In this document: positions 10,417 to 20,557 of the stretch, piece by piece
Layout of the letters: every line of letters begins with the position of its first letter
How positions within the stretch are numbered: position 1 is the stretch's first letter
Origin: Myxococcota bacterium
GTDB taxonomy: Bacteria > Myxococcota_A > Polyangia > Nannocystales > Nannocystaceae
Length of the DNA: 64,000 nt
NCBI GenBank assembly: GCA_039028615.1
Contig: JBCCHT010000027.1
Location: 139,873-203,872, forward strand
Direction of reading: 5' to 3'
Translations under genes and position numbers: made by a program
Notes under the pieces: model-generated
Told to the model about the DNA's origin: nothing
What the model saw: the letters and a program-made list of their open reading frames with translations, nothing else
Database searches by the model: none

Positions 10417-11016
10417 ATGCACCACCGCAGCTACATCCTTCGTGACCCCGTCGACACCGACGAGGTGTTCCTCGAGCTTGGCAAGCTCGTTCACGAGGTG
10501 AACCGAGTGACGCGCAAGGGCTTCTCCTATTCTCACCCAGAAACACGCGGACCGATGCAGCTGTGGTACTGGCCCGATCACTTCGAGCAGCAGAGCGTGA
10601 TCTCGCTGGTCCTCGACTCGATGACCCAGACCACCTACCTGCAAGTCGATGCCGTGAGTGCTTCCGAGGGCGAGCAGATCGTGGCCGAGCTCGGCAAGGG
10701 GCTCGACTTCCTGTCCCCAGACGAGGTTCGAGAAGAGGTGAGCGGGAACAATCCCCCGACGGGAGCGGGGCTGTCTCGCTTGGGGATGGTGACGAACCCA
10801 GAGGACTACGACGCTCGGACTAAGGACATACTCGCGTCAGCGCTCGAGCACGACGATCCACAGGTCCGCAACGGGGCCTGCGCGGCAATTTTTCTGCTCA
10901 AGTGGCCGCAGTTCGTGCCCGCACTCGAGGACGCGCTCGCCAAGGAAACGGTCGTCCAGATCCGTCGCGTTCTCGATGCAACATTGCAGCTGTGCAATGG
11001 AACGCTGCGAATCTAG
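10417..11016 (+). CDS. Hypothetical protein with C-terminal HEAT-like repeat
   Basis: LEHDDPQVRNGACAAIFLL...LEDALAKE HEAT pattern; start chosen at MHHRSY. Confidence 0.6.
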   Translation: MHHRSYILRDPVDTDEVFLELGKLVHEVNRVTRKGFSYSHPETRGPMQLWYWPDHFEQQSVISLVLDSMTQTTYLQVDAVSASEGEQIVAELGKGLDFLSPDEVREEVSGNNPPTGAGLSRLGMVTNPEDYDARTKDILASALEHDDPQVRNGACAAIFLLKWPQFVPALEDALAKETVVQIRRVLDATLQLCNGTLRI

Positions 11017-11301
11017 CCCACGGGCGGAAAACCCGGGAAACTCGATCAACGCCGACGAGGTCGGCCGACTCCTCGATCTCGATGGCCACGGCGTAGTCTC
11101 CGGCGAGGAGCCAGCAGAACCCGTGCCGCAGGATATCTGGACCACAGGCAGTACGCCCCGTGAGACGACGCCTTCGCTGCGCCCGCCGGTCCTGAAACCG
11201 ATGATGCGAGGGCGTGAACGGCCGCAGATGCAATCGAATTGCGAAAAATGCAGCCGCGGGCTGGCGAACGCCCCCCGGCAAGCGCGATAGTTCGAGTGCC
11301 C

Positions 11302-14300
11302 ATGCGCCGGTTCATACATCTGCTGACCTGGTCGTTCTTTCTCTTGGTTGCCTGTGCGGCCACGAAACCCAATCGCAAGGGCCCGCAAGGTATCCAGGCG
11401 AAGGGGCCGATGTCCCCCGAGACCTTCGCGGGGCTGGCGTTGCGGAGCATCGGCCCGGCGTTCATGTCCGGTCGCATCGCGGACGTCGCCTTCGACCCGG
11501 ACGACCCCAACGTCTGGTACGTGGGAGTCGGCTCGGGCGGAGTGTGGAAGACCGACAATGCGGGCACGACCTGGAGCCCGATCTTCGACGGCCAGGGGTC
11601 ATACTCCATCGGCTGCATCACGATCGATCCGTCGAACCCCCACGTGGTGTGGGTGGGCACGGGGGAGAACGTGGGCGGTCGACACGTTGCGTACGGTGAC
11701 GGGGTGTACCGGTCCGGGGACGGCGGCAAGTCGTGGGACAACGTCGGCCTCGCTCGCAGCGAGCACATCTCCAAGATCATCGTGCACCCCGAGGACCCGA
11801 ACACCGTGTGGGTCGCCGCGCAGGGGCCCCTGTGGTCGTCGGGCGGAGAGCGAGGCCTGTACAAGACGACCGATGGAGGAAAGATCTGGACGCAGGTGCT
11901 CAGCGCGGGACCATGGACCGGCGTGACGGACCTGGTCATCGACCCACGAGATCCGGACGTGCTGTATGCGGCAACGTGGCAACGTCACCGGACCGTTGCG
12001 GCCTACGTGGGCGGCGGACCCGAGTCCGGCATTCACAAGTCCGAAGACGGGGGCAAGACGTGGACTCGCCTGGTGCGAGGCCTGCCTGGCGACCCGAAGC
12101 GAAAGATCGAGCCGGATCCGGCGCGCAAGGACCAGCTGCGACCCCCCGCAAAGCCCATCGATGACGGCAACATGGGCAAGATCGGCCTGGCGATCTCACC
12201 GCAGAATCCCGACGTGCTCTACGCGGCGATCGAGCTCGACCGGCGGACGGGGAGCGTGTTCAGGTCGACCGATCGGGGTGCATCCTGGGAGAAGCGCTCG
12301 GATACGGTCGCGGGCGGCACCGGGCCTCACTACTACCAGGAGCTCTACGCGTCGCCCCACGCCGAGGGCCGCATCTACCTGGCCGATGTGCGCATGCGAG
12401 TCTCGGACGACGGCGGCAAGACGTTTCGCATCATGTCCGAGGAGTTCAAACACTCCGACAATCACGCGATGGTCTTCCGTGCCGACGATCCCGACTACAT
12501 GATGGTCGGCACCGACGGTGGCCTGTATGAGAGCTTCGACCTGGCCAAGAACTGGCGGTTCGTCGACAACCTCCCCATCACGCAGATTTACAAGGTGGCG
12601 CTCGACGATGCCGCGCCGTTTTACAACGTCTACGGCGGTACCCAGGACAACAACACGCAAGGTGGCCCCTCTCGTACGGACAGCGCCCACGGGATTCGCA
12701 ACGCGGACTGGCGAGTGGTGCTGGGCGGCGATGGACACCAGCCCGCGACGGAGCCGGGCAACCCCGACATCATGTACGCCGAGTCGCAGCAGGGGCACCT
12801 GTACCGCGTGGACACGACGACGGGTGAGCGCGTATTCATCCAGCCCCAGGGCGCGCCGGGTGACCCCGCGGACCGCTTCAACTGGGACTCTCCCATTCTC
12901 GTCAGCCCCCACGAGTCCTCCCGCTTGTTCTTTGCATCCCAGCGCGTGTGGATGTCGGAGAACCGGGGCGACTCGTGGACGCCGGTCTCGGGCGACCTGA
13001 CGAGGAACGAAGAGCGGCTGATGACGCCGCATATGGGCCGCAAGTGGAGCTACGACGCCCCCTGGGACCTGTATGCGATGTCCCAGTACAACACGATCAC
13101 CTCGCTGGCCCAGTCTCCTCTCGAGTCCGGTCTGCTCTACGCGGGTACCGACGACGGTCTCATTCAAATCTCCGAAAACGGTGGAAAGAGCTGGCGAGAG
13201 ATCGATGTCAGCTCGCTGCCGGGTGTCCCCGAGAGGGCCTTCGTCAACGACATCAAGGCCGATCTGTTCGACGCCGACACCGTGTACGTCGCGCTCGACA
13301 ACCACAAAAGCGGTGACTTCAGGCCCTATCTGGCGGTCAGTCGCGATCGCGGAAAGAGCTGGCGCTCGATCGTGGGTAACCTACCGGATCGCCACCTGGT
13401 GTGGCGAGTCGTGCAGGACCACGTCCGCAAGGACCTGTTGTTCGCGGGGACCGAGTTCGGGGTGTTCTTCACCGTGGATGGAGGCCGCACGTGGATCGAG
13501 CTCACGGGGGGGACGCCCACCATCTCGTTCCGGGATCTCGCCATTCAGCGGCGCGAGAGCGACTTGGTCGGCGCGACGTTCGGCCGTGGATTTTGGATCC
13601 TCGACGACTACTCCCCGCTTCGCCAGGTCGACGCCAAAGCACTGAGCAAGCCCGCGCTGCTGTTCTCTCCGCGGCGAGCGCTGTGGTACATCGAGCGGCA
13701 GAACATGGCTTCGCGGCGCGAGAAGAAGGCGTCGCAGGGTAACGGGTACTACGCGGCCGACAACCCGCCGTTCGGGGCCGCGCTCACGTACTACCTGGCG
13801 CAGGATCTGACGACCCGTAACCGCACTCGACGCACGAAGGAAATGGAACGTGCGGCGCAGGGCAAGGACACGCCGTTCGCGGGATGGGACGCGATCGATG
13901 GCGAGAAACGCGAGCGAGAGCCCGCCATCATCCTGACCGTGCGTGACGCGAAGGGCGAGGTCGTGCGGCGCCTCTACGGTCCCACGACCGCTGGCATCCA
14001 TCGCGTGACCTGGGATCTTCGTCTACCCGCCGAGGCCGCACTCGGGCTGAAGCCCTCCTACGCGTACGCGAAGCCGGAGAAGCCCGAGGGGTTCCTGGTC
14101 GGTCCAGGGCACTACACCGTGACCCTCTCGCAGCGACACGACGGCAAGACGGTGGAGCTCGCAGGCCCCGTCGACCTGGAGGTGGTGCCGATGCGCAAGG
14201 GCGGAGCGCTTCCGGGAGCCGATCCGAAGGTGGTCGCCGCGTTCTGGAAGCGCGTCGCGATGCTCTCGCGCAGCATGTCGGCAGCCTCCCAATCCATGAA

Positions 14301-14715
14301 GGACACCCACGAGCGCCTGCAGAAGCTCGAGCAGGCGCTCGATCGCTCGCTCGCCGAGTCGGGCCAGTTCGACGACGAACTCGACGCGCTGCGCACGACC
14401 CTCGAGGACCTTCGCGAGACCCTCTACGGCAGCCCGACGAAGGGAGAGCTACGCAAGCCGGAGCCTCCGACCGTCAGCAGCCGCCTGAGCTTCGCGGCGG
14501 AGGGCACCCGCGGCTCCACCTACGGACCGACCCCCGCCCACGAAGAAAACCTGCGGCTCGCCGAGCAGGGGTTCGAAGACGTACGCAAGCGGCTGAACCG
14601 GCTCACCCAGGAGCAGCTGCCTGCGTTCGAGAAGCGCCTGCAAGACGCCGGTGCCCCGTGGTCGAGCGGCCAGCCGATCCCCAGCCCCGGGCAGGTGCAG
14701 GGAACCCGTCGGTGA
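11302..14715 (+). CDS. BNR/VPS10 (sortilin-like) beta-propeller protein, 'glycosyl hydrolase' family
   Basis: LRSIGPAFMSGRIADV start, many SxDxGxTW Asp-box repeats, C-terminal helical region; signal/lipobox LLVAC. Confidence 0.88.
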   Translation: MRRFIHLLTWSFFLLVACAATKPNRKGPQGIQAKGPMSPETFAGLALRSIGPAFMSGRIADVAFDPDDPNVWYVGVGSGGVWKTDNAGTTWSPIFDGQGSYSIGCITIDPSNPHVVWVGTGENVGGRHVAYGDGVYRSGDGGKSWDNVGLARSEHISKIIVHPEDPNTVWVAAQGPLWSSGGERGLYKTTDGGKIWTQVLSAGPWTGVTDLVIDPRDPDVLYAATWQRHRTVAAYVGGGPESGIHKSEDGGKTWTRLVRGLPGDPKRKIEPDPARKDQLRPPAKPIDDGNMGKIGLAISPQNPDVLYAAIELDRRTGSVFRSTDRGASWEKRSDTVAGGTGPHYYQELYASPHAEGRIYLADVRMRVSDDGGKTFRIMSEEFKHSDNHAMVFRADDPDYMMVGTDGGLYESFDLAKNWRFVDNLPITQIYKVALDDAAPFYNVYGGTQDNNTQGGPSRTDSAHGIRNADWRVVLGGDGHQPATEPGNPDIMYAESQQGHLYRVDTTTGERVFIQPQGAPGDPADRFNWDSPILVSPHESSRLFFASQRVWMSENRGDSWTPVSGDLTRNEERLMTPHMGRKWSYDAPWDLYAMSQYNTITSLAQSPLESGLLYAGTDDGLIQISENGGKSWREIDVSSLPGVPERAFVNDIKADLFDADTVYVALDNHKSGDFRPYLAVSRDRGKSWRSIVGNLPDRHLVWRVVQDHVRKDLLFAGTEFGVFFTVDGGRTWIELTGGTPTISFRDLAIQRRESDLVGATFGRGFWILDDYSPLRQVDAKALSKPALLFSPRRALWYIERQNMASRREKKASQGNGYYAADNPPFGAALTYYLAQDLTTRNRTRRTKEMERAAQGKDTPFAGWDAIDGEKREREPAIILTVRDAKGEVVRRLYGPTTAGIHRVTWDLRLPAEAALGLKPSYAYAKPEKPEGFLVGPGHYTVTLSQRHDGKTVELAGPVDLEVVPMRKGGALPGADPKVVAAFWKRVAMLSRSMSAASQSMKDTHERLQKLEQALDRSLAESGQFDDELDALRTTLEDLRETLYGSPTKGELRKPEPPTVSSRLSFAAEGTRGSTYGPTPAHEENLRLAEQGFEDVRKRLNRLTQEQLPAFEKRLQDAGAPWSSGQPIPSPGQVQGTRR

Positions 14716-14901
14716 CGACGACTTGAGCCCGCGGGGCGGCCGGGGGCGGCTCACTGCCTGACGCGCCAGGCGGTGACGCCCCCCGGGCACGATCGCAGCG
14801 CCGACGGACTTGCCTCGCCGAGGATGTAGCGACGGACGTTCGACCGCAGGCGCGGGCATCGGGAGGGCAGCGACGGTGAGTCTCTCCGTGGCGGCCGCTC
14901 G

Positions 14902-15708
14902 TCAGCCCACGGGGGGAAAGCACGGGAACTTGATCACCCCGTCGACCTCGCCCCAGTTGAGGCTGACGGGCAACGACCGCATTCCGAGCGGGGCCAGGAT
15001 GCGATTGACGCTGTCGATGTCGGCGGGGGTGAGATAGCCGCCGCCCGGCGTCGCGTATTCGGAGCTCACCACCAAGCCTCCACCCGCGTCGGTGAACTCG
15101 AGCACGGTCTGCAGCTCGGCGTTGCTCGGCTGCTCGCCTCCGTCGAGGTAGGCCGACTCCTCGAAGTAGATGACCACGTCGTAGTCGTCGGCGAGGAGCG
15201 CGGGGGCGCCGACGTAGCGGGCCGGGAGGTGGATGGAGGCGGGGAACACGTGGTCGCCGAGCTCGATCTCGTCGGCCCAGCCGAAGGCGAGCAGCCGGGG
15301 CTCGGGCTCGTACCCACCCGCCAGCCACGGAAGCAGGGGGCACTCGGTTACTTCTTGCAGAGGCAGCGAGCTGTCGGCGGCGGCGATGAAGCGGCCCCGG
15401 CCGAACGTGCCCATCGCATACACGACGCTTCCCTCGAGCTCCGCGGTGGCGAACACCTGCTCGCCCGTGACTTCGAGCTGCCCCGACTGCATGGAGTCGA
15501 TTTGCACCGAGCAATCGACACACTCCCCCGGGCCCGCAGGGCCCACGTCGAGCACTGGCATGGAACCCGAACTCGAGGGGTCGTCCTCGCCGGTACTCTG
15601 CGACGGGGTCGCGGGGCCCGTGCTGGCGGCAGGGGGCAGCATGGGCTCGGAAGCGACCGTGCAGGCGACACTCGCGAGTAGCAGTGAACCGACGACGAGC
15701 CGCACCAT
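14902..15708 (-). CDS. Hypothetical lipoprotein
   Basis: LLLASVAC lipobox, S/T/P-rich linker, globular C-terminus. Confidence 0.65.
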   Translation of the reverse strand: MVRLVVGSLLLASVACTVASEPMLPPAASTGPATPSQSTGEDDPSSSGSMPVLDVGPAGPGECVDCSVQIDSMQSGQLEVTGEQVFATAELEGSVVYAMGTFGRGRFIAAADSSLPLQEVTECPLLPWLAGGYEPEPRLLAFGWADEIELGDHVFPASIHLPARYVGAPALLADDYDVVIYFEESAYLDGGEQPSNAELQTVLEFTDAGGGLVVSSEYATPGGGYLTPADIDSVNRILAPLGMRSLPVSLNWGEVDGVIKFPCFPPVG

Positions 15709-15880
15709 CCCATTTCCTTGGTGTCGGGACCGCTGCGGAAGGTTTCGCCGCCGATGCGACCAAGATGGTCACCCACTGCACCGAAAAATGGTTGATGATC
15801 GGAGTCGATCGAGTTGGCGGTCCGAACTATGCGACGATGGCCATCGTACTGAAGTCACCACTTCACCCTCGTACGTCGAC

Positions 15881-18800
15881 ATGAACGACGACCTCAGCAA
15901 CCAGAGCACGTTGGCGGGAGACCTCTCCACCGAAGTCCCCGCCACGGAGCATTCCAAGGGGCACCGCGTCGAGGTCGAGAGCCCGGCGCAACTCGTCGGT
16001 CGACGCTACGGTCGCTACGTGGTGCTCAGCGTGCTCGGTCACGGTGGGATGGGCATCGTCCTCGAGGGCTATGACGAAGAGCTGGACCGTCGGGTCGCGC
16101 TCAAGCTCCTGCACGACCATCTGGGCAGGCGGCACCGGGACCGCCTGCGACGGGAAGCCCAGGCGATGGCGAAGCTCTCGCACCCCAACGTCGTGCAGGT
16201 CTACGAGGTCGGGGACGCCGACGGCCAGACGTTCGTAGCAATGGAGCTGTTGCGGGGCCCGACGGTACGGTCGTGGATGGAACAGGAGCCACGGCCGGGC
16301 TGGCGAGCGAGTGTCGAAGTGTTCGTGCAGCTGGGAGCGGGCTTGGCCGCCGCGCACGAGCGAGACTTGGTGCATCGAGACTTCAAGCCGGACAACGCGA
16401 TGCTCGACGAGGACGGGCGGGCTCGGGTGCTCGACTTCGGGCTGGTGCGGCAGTGGGGGGACGAGGATTTCGAGTCTTCGACCGCCGCGGACTCCAACGG
16501 CTCGGACTCGATGTCCGCTCGAGAAGGCTCGCTGACCAAGACGGGAGCGCTGCTGGGGACGCCCGCGTACATGTCCCCCGAGCAAATGAGCGGAGCCGCG
16601 GTCGATGCTCGAAGCGACCAGTTCAACTTCTGCGTGGCGCTATACGAGGCGGTGTACGGCGAGCGGCCCTACGAGGGGGACTCGGTGGCGCAATTGATCA
16701 CGTCGATGGAGCGCGAGTCGTTGCGCGGGGCGCCCCCCAAGAGCAGCGTGCCCGCGCGGCTGCGCCGGGTGTTGAGCCGCGGGCTGGCCTACGATCCGGC
16801 GCAGCGCTGGCCATCGATGGAAGCCCTGCTCGCTGAGCTGCGGGTGCAGATTGCCCCACGAGGTCGGGCCCGTACCACGCTCGCGGTGGGAGTGCTGGCG
16901 CTCGGCCTGGGAGGAAGCTGGGCGTTTGCGGAATATGTGCAGGTCAAGGACCGGTGCACGGGCGCGGAGGCGAAGCTGGACGGGGTCTGGGACGATGAAC
17001 GCCGGGCCACGGTGAAGACCGCGATCCTGAATACCGCGCTGCCCTATGCACCGGACACCGTGGAGCGAGTGGAGGCGCGGCTGGATGCCGTTGCCGCGGC
17101 GTGGGTGGACAAGCACACCGAGGTCTGCGAGGCGACCGCAGTGCGGCAGGAGCAATCGGCTCAGACGCTGGAGCTGCGGATGGGGTGCCTGCAACAGCAG
17201 GCCTCTGAAGTCCGCGCCGCGGTCGACGTGCTCGCCAATGCAGACGCCACCGTGGTGCCCAACGCGATCACCCTGGCGTCCGGGTTGCCCGATGCCAGCC
17301 GATGCGACGACGTCGAGGCGCTGCGGGCTACGGTTGCGCCGCCCGAGCCCGCGAAGCAGGCCGAGGTGGAGGCGCTGCGCGGGCGCCTACAAGAGCTACG
17401 CGCGGAGCAGGACGCGGGACGCTACGCGGTCGCATTGAAGCAGATCGAGCCGGTGGTGGCCGCAGCCACAGACCTGGACTATGCGCCGCTGGTGGCCGAG
17501 GTCATGCAGCGACGGGGATCGCTGCAGCGAAGCAACGGTCACCACGACGCCGCGGAGAAGGACCTGCGCAAGGCCTACGCACTCGCGATCGAGCATCAAC
17601 ACGACGCCGCCGCCCTCGACGCGGTCGCGGAGCTGACCTTCGTCGTCGGCAGTACGATGGCCCGGTTCTCCGAGGGCCGGGTTTGGGGCGAGACGGCGAT
17701 GGCCCACGCCCGACGGAGTCGGGACGACGAGGAGCTCGCATCCGCCTTCCACACGATGGGCGCCGTGCTCTACACCGAGGGCGACTATGAGGGCTCCATG
17801 CGCCACAACGAACGCGCAGTGGAACTCGTGGAGCGGGCACGGGGCCCCGAGCATTTCGAGGCCGCGCCCTTCGTCAGCAGCATCGGCAACGCGCTCACTG
17901 CGATCGGAAAGCACGAGGAAGCCACGCAGCAGTACGAGCGAGCGCTTCGCATTCTCGAGCAGGCACTGGGTCCAGATCATCCCACCGTCGCCGGAACTCT
18001 GAGCAACCTGGGGGTGGCGCTGCGCCGTCTCGGCGAACTCGACCGGGCCAAGGCGGTGACCGAACGCGCACTGAAAATCCGCGAGGATTCCCTCGGATCC
18101 GATCATGCTCTCACGGCCGGTACGTTGGCCAATTTGTGCGTGCTGCTCAATTTGCGGAATGACAACGAGCAAGCGCGGACCTGCCACGAGCGCGCGCTCC
18201 GGGCCACCGAGAACGCCCTGGGACCCACGCACCCCGACGTCGCCCATTCCGCGACCAACCTGGCCATCACGCTGCAGCGGCTCGGTAAGGCCGAGCAAGC
18301 CGAGCCGCTGTTCGAGCGAGCATTGCGGGTCAAGGAGGAGGCACTGGGTCGCGAGCATCCCGATGTCGCCCTCGCCCTGGGCAACCTGGGCATGGTGCAC
18401 TGGGGCCGCGGGGAGTATGCGAGTGCTCGGCCGCTATACGAACGAGCGCTGGCGATTCTCGAAGCAGAGCGGGGACCCGAACATCCGCAGGTTGCATCGA
18501 CCGTGTCCACGCTCGGGGAGGTCTACCAACGGCAAGGGGACGATGTGCGGGCACGGCAAATGCACGAGCGCGCGCTGGCGATCATGGAGAAGGCGCTCGG
18601 ACCGGACGATCCGAAGCTGGCCAAATACATGCACAGCCTCGGGATGGTGCTGCTCGATCTGGGCGAGCGGGACGAGGCCAGGGCGTATTGGGAACGGGCG
18701 GTCGGGCTATCGCCGGAGCCGGAGAAAGACCCCGTGGACCTGGCGTATCCGCTGGTGGAGCTGGCGAAGCTCGCGGTCGCCGACGGGCAGATGTCACAGG

Positions 18801-19048
18801 CGCGTGGGTACGCCGAGCGGGCAGTGGCGATTCGGGAGAAACACGAGGCGGACGCGATGCCGTTGGCGATCGCCCGGTTCACGCTGGCGCGAGCCCTGTG
18901 GGTAACCCCGGGGGAACGAGTGCGGGCGCGAGCGCTGGCGCGAGAGGCTCGGGAAGTGCTCGAGCCAAGCGAAGAGCATGACGAGCAGGTGCAGGAGATC
19001 GAGCGTTGGCTGCAGCGCCACGGCTCGCCGGCCAGAGCCCGAGGCTGA
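15881..19048 (+). CDS. Hanks-type Ser/Thr kinase with TM and TPR repeats
   Basis: GHGGMGIV, VALK, HRDFKPDN, DFG, GTPAYMSPE and many LGPxHPxVA TPR units. The upstream part of the 15233 ORF overlaps the opposite-strand lipoprotein gene, so the start is placed at 15881 (or 15788). Confidence 0.92.
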   Translation: MNDDLSNQSTLAGDLSTEVPATEHSKGHRVEVESPAQLVGRRYGRYVVLSVLGHGGMGIVLEGYDEELDRRVALKLLHDHLGRRHRDRLRREAQAMAKLSHPNVVQVYEVGDADGQTFVAMELLRGPTVRSWMEQEPRPGWRASVEVFVQLGAGLAAAHERDLVHRDFKPDNAMLDEDGRARVLDFGLVRQWGDEDFESSTAADSNGSDSMSAREGSLTKTGALLGTPAYMSPEQMSGAAVDARSDQFNFCVALYEAVYGERPYEGDSVAQLITSMERESLRGAPPKSSVPARLRRVLSRGLAYDPAQRWPSMEALLAELRVQIAPRGRARTTLAVGVLALGLGGSWAFAEYVQVKDRCTGAEAKLDGVWDDERRATVKTAILNTALPYAPDTVERVEARLDAVAAAWVDKHTEVCEATAVRQEQSAQTLELRMGCLQQQASEVRAAVDVLANADATVVPNAITLASGLPDASRCDDVEALRATVAPPEPAKQAEVEALRGRLQELRAEQDAGRYAVALKQIEPVVAAATDLDYAPLVAEVMQRRGSLQRSNGHHDAAEKDLRKAYALAIEHQHDAAALDAVAELTFVVGSTMARFSEGRVWGETAMAHARRSRDDEELASAFHTMGAVLYTEGDYEGSMRHNERAVELVERARGPEHFEAAPFVSSIGNALTAIGKHEEATQQYERALRILEQALGPDHPTVAGTLSNLGVALRRLGELDRAKAVTERALKIREDSLGSDHALTAGTLANLCVLLNLRNDNEQARTCHERALRATENALGPTHPDVAHSATNLAITLQRLGKAEQAEPLFERALRVKEEALGREHPDVALALGNLGMVHWGRGEYASARPLYERALAILEAERGPEHPQVASTVSTLGEVYQRQGDDVRARQMHERALAIMEKALGPDDPKLAKYMHSLGMVLLDLGERDEARAYWERAVGLSPEPEKDPVDLAYPLVELAKLAVADGQMSQARGYAERAVAIREKHEADAMPLAIARFTLARALWVTPGERVRARALAREAREVLEPSEEHDEQVQEIERWLQRHGSPARARG

Positions 19049-19178
19049 CACTCGAGGTCAACGGCACAGTCGCTCTCGAACGCTGCGGGGGCACGGCGGT
19101 GAACTTGGTCCGCCACACGAGCGCCTCGAAGCACGACCCAGTGCGACCGGAGCTCGAATTTATTTGTCACCGACTTGC

Positions 19179-19207
19179 TTGACGAGGCCCCGCTCGTGCC
19201 CTAAAGA
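19179..19207 (+). promoter_or_regulatory. Candidate sigma70 promoter of leader/tRNA-Asp/tRNA-His unit
   Basis: TTGACG-N17-TAAAGA preceded by an AT-rich tract; the same -35 box occurs upstream of the tRNA array. Confidence 0.45.
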
Positions 19208-19242
19208 CAAAGAACCGCGTCACTTCGACGCGTGCATTCGTC

Positions 19243-19320
19243 ATGAACCGCTCCGCGCAGACTCATCGCCACCATCATGTGGTGATCGTGCATTCGATGC
19301 ACGATATCTGCCCGTGTTGA
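19243..19320 (+). CDS. Putative His-rich leader peptide MNRSAQTHRHHHVVIVHSMHDICPC (25 aa)
   Basis: Translated by hand; 6 His (4 CAT); overlaps hairpins; homologous in layout to the leader at 32597-32692. Confidence 0.6.
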   Translation: MNRSAQTHRHHHVVIVHSMHDICPC

Positions 19321-19400
19321 GCGGTTCCCGGCGTTTGTACCCAACTTGATGGACTTCGCCGGGCCTCTCGGCACGGGCGACCCCTCACCCATTCGTTGGC
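19285..19400 (+). promoter_or_regulatory. Structured leader/attenuator-like RNA element
   Basis: 9-bp triloop hairpin 19285-19305; long hairpin 19310-19378 (GCCCGTGTTGAG/CTCGGCACGGGC and CCCGGCG/CGCCGGG); CATTCGTTGGC motif 19390-19400. Confidence 0.6.
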
Positions 19401-19441
19401 CATGTCGACCGAGCCCCATTTGGCTCGAAGACGGGGCCCAC

Positions 19442-19513
19442 GGGGTCGTGGCGCAGTGGTAGCGCACCCGGTTGTCAGCCGGAAGGTCGCGGGTTCGAAT
19501 CCCGTCGGCCCCG
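19442..19513 (+). tRNA. tRNA-Asp(GTC)
   Basis: GGGGTCG/CGGCCCC acceptor, GCGC D-stem, loop TT-GTC-AG, T-loop TTCGAAT, G73; C27-A43 mismatch; followed by CCG rather than CCA. Confidence 0.9.
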
Positions 19514-19628
19514 CCGAGTCGTTGTCTGTCGACTCTCACCATCTTCTTACTCAACCACTCAACGACAAACACATCATGAACAACATCGAGCAATCCAACG
19601 GCGAGGACGACTCGACCCATCATCCGAT

Positions 19629-19705
19629 GGCGGGTGTAGCTCAGTAGGTAGAGTGCCGGAATGTGACTCCGGTGGGCGCCGGTTCGAGCCCGGCCACTCG
19701 CCCCA
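19629..19705 (+). tRNA. tRNA-His(GTG)
   Basis: Encoded G-1 opposite C73, GCGGGTG/CACTCGC acceptor, CCGGA-AT-GTG-AC-TCCGG anticodon arm, encoded CCA. Confidence 0.92.
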
Positions 19706-19746
19706 CAAATTCCTCCCCATGCGGTCTCATCGGCTGGCCACCTCGG

Positions 19747-20457
19747 CTAGATCCGAGGACCGCGAGACTTCGACCGGTCGTAGATGACCTCGGTCACCGC
19801 GTAGGTCGGCGTGTACTCCAGCACGTTCACCACCGGGTTCTTCGCGCCCGAGAGGCCGTACACGGTCCTCAATCCCCGCAGCAATACATCGAGGTACAGG
19901 CGTTCGTAGAGGTTCTCGGGGTAGGTGATCCGTCCGAGATTCCCGTTTTGGTTGCGCTCCAAGTGCTCGCGCTCGGTGCCGCGACGGAGCGCCCTCCAAC
20001 GCTTCGATGCACCCCTGGACAGCCTACCGGGCGAAAGCACGGCAAAGATGACCCGATACAGCGGTCCTGAGAGCGTCGCGCGTAGGTTGCGTTCGCCCCA
20101 GTCGAGATAGTCCTCATCGCTCCCGAAGAACGCCTCCCGCAGCGTGCCGTTCAGCGCGATCATATGAGCCTCCGGCACCCACCCCGAAGGCAGCGGCAAC
20201 GGATCGAACATGGCCTGCACCGGCTCCGGCAGCCGACTCAGGTCGAAGCCTTCGGGCGGGTTCTCGAGCACCCCGCGAACAAACGAGCCTTTGACCACCG
20301 CCTCGGGGTAGGAATCGAGGCCGTCGGGCAGCGTGCTCAGCCACTCGTCCGTCCGCGGAAAACCCTCGAACTGCCCCACCCGATCACGATACCGCGACGG
20401 CGACTTTTCCCTGTGGCCCGGGCCGGGCCATGGACCGCGGGTTTTCCCCGCGTTCAT
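19747..20457 (-). CDS. Hypothetical protein, possibly myxobacterial TIGR02265/DUF2378-like
   Basis: VVKGSFVRG...LPSGWVPE pattern recalled from this family; true start probably downstream of 20457. Confidence 0.5.
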   Translation of the reverse strand: MNAGKTRGPWPGPGHREKSPSRYRDRVGQFEGFPRTDEWLSTLPDGLDSYPEAVVKGSFVRGVLENPPEGFDLSRLPEPVQAMFDPLPLPSGWVPEAHMIALNGTLREAFFGSDEDYLDWGERNLRATLSGPLYRVIFAVLSPGRLSRGASKRWRALRRGTEREHLERNQNGNLGRITYPENLYERLYLDVLLRGLRTVYGLSGAKNPVVNVLEYTPTYAVTEVIYDRSKSRGPRI

Positions 20458-20557
20458 CGGCGGTTCTACTACAGCACTCGCGCCCAGCCATGGTTGGCAG
20501 TGATCTCGGGTTCGCAGATCATGCGAGACCAGTCCGCGAGCAACACGGCACTGCCGA

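Noticed and set aside
10976..11290. 104-aa ORF between the HEAT and BNR genes
   Set aside because: Overlaps the HEAT gene's 3' end, weak start, no motif; at most a fragment.
15233..15880. N-terminal extension of the second kinase
   Set aside because: It is the antisense of the 14902-15708 lipoprotein gene.
19442..19513. tRNA-Asp as a misread YrlA or as an integration (att) site
   Set aside because: Normal arm order with G73 and a GTC loop; no integrase or duplicated 3' end noticed in the window.
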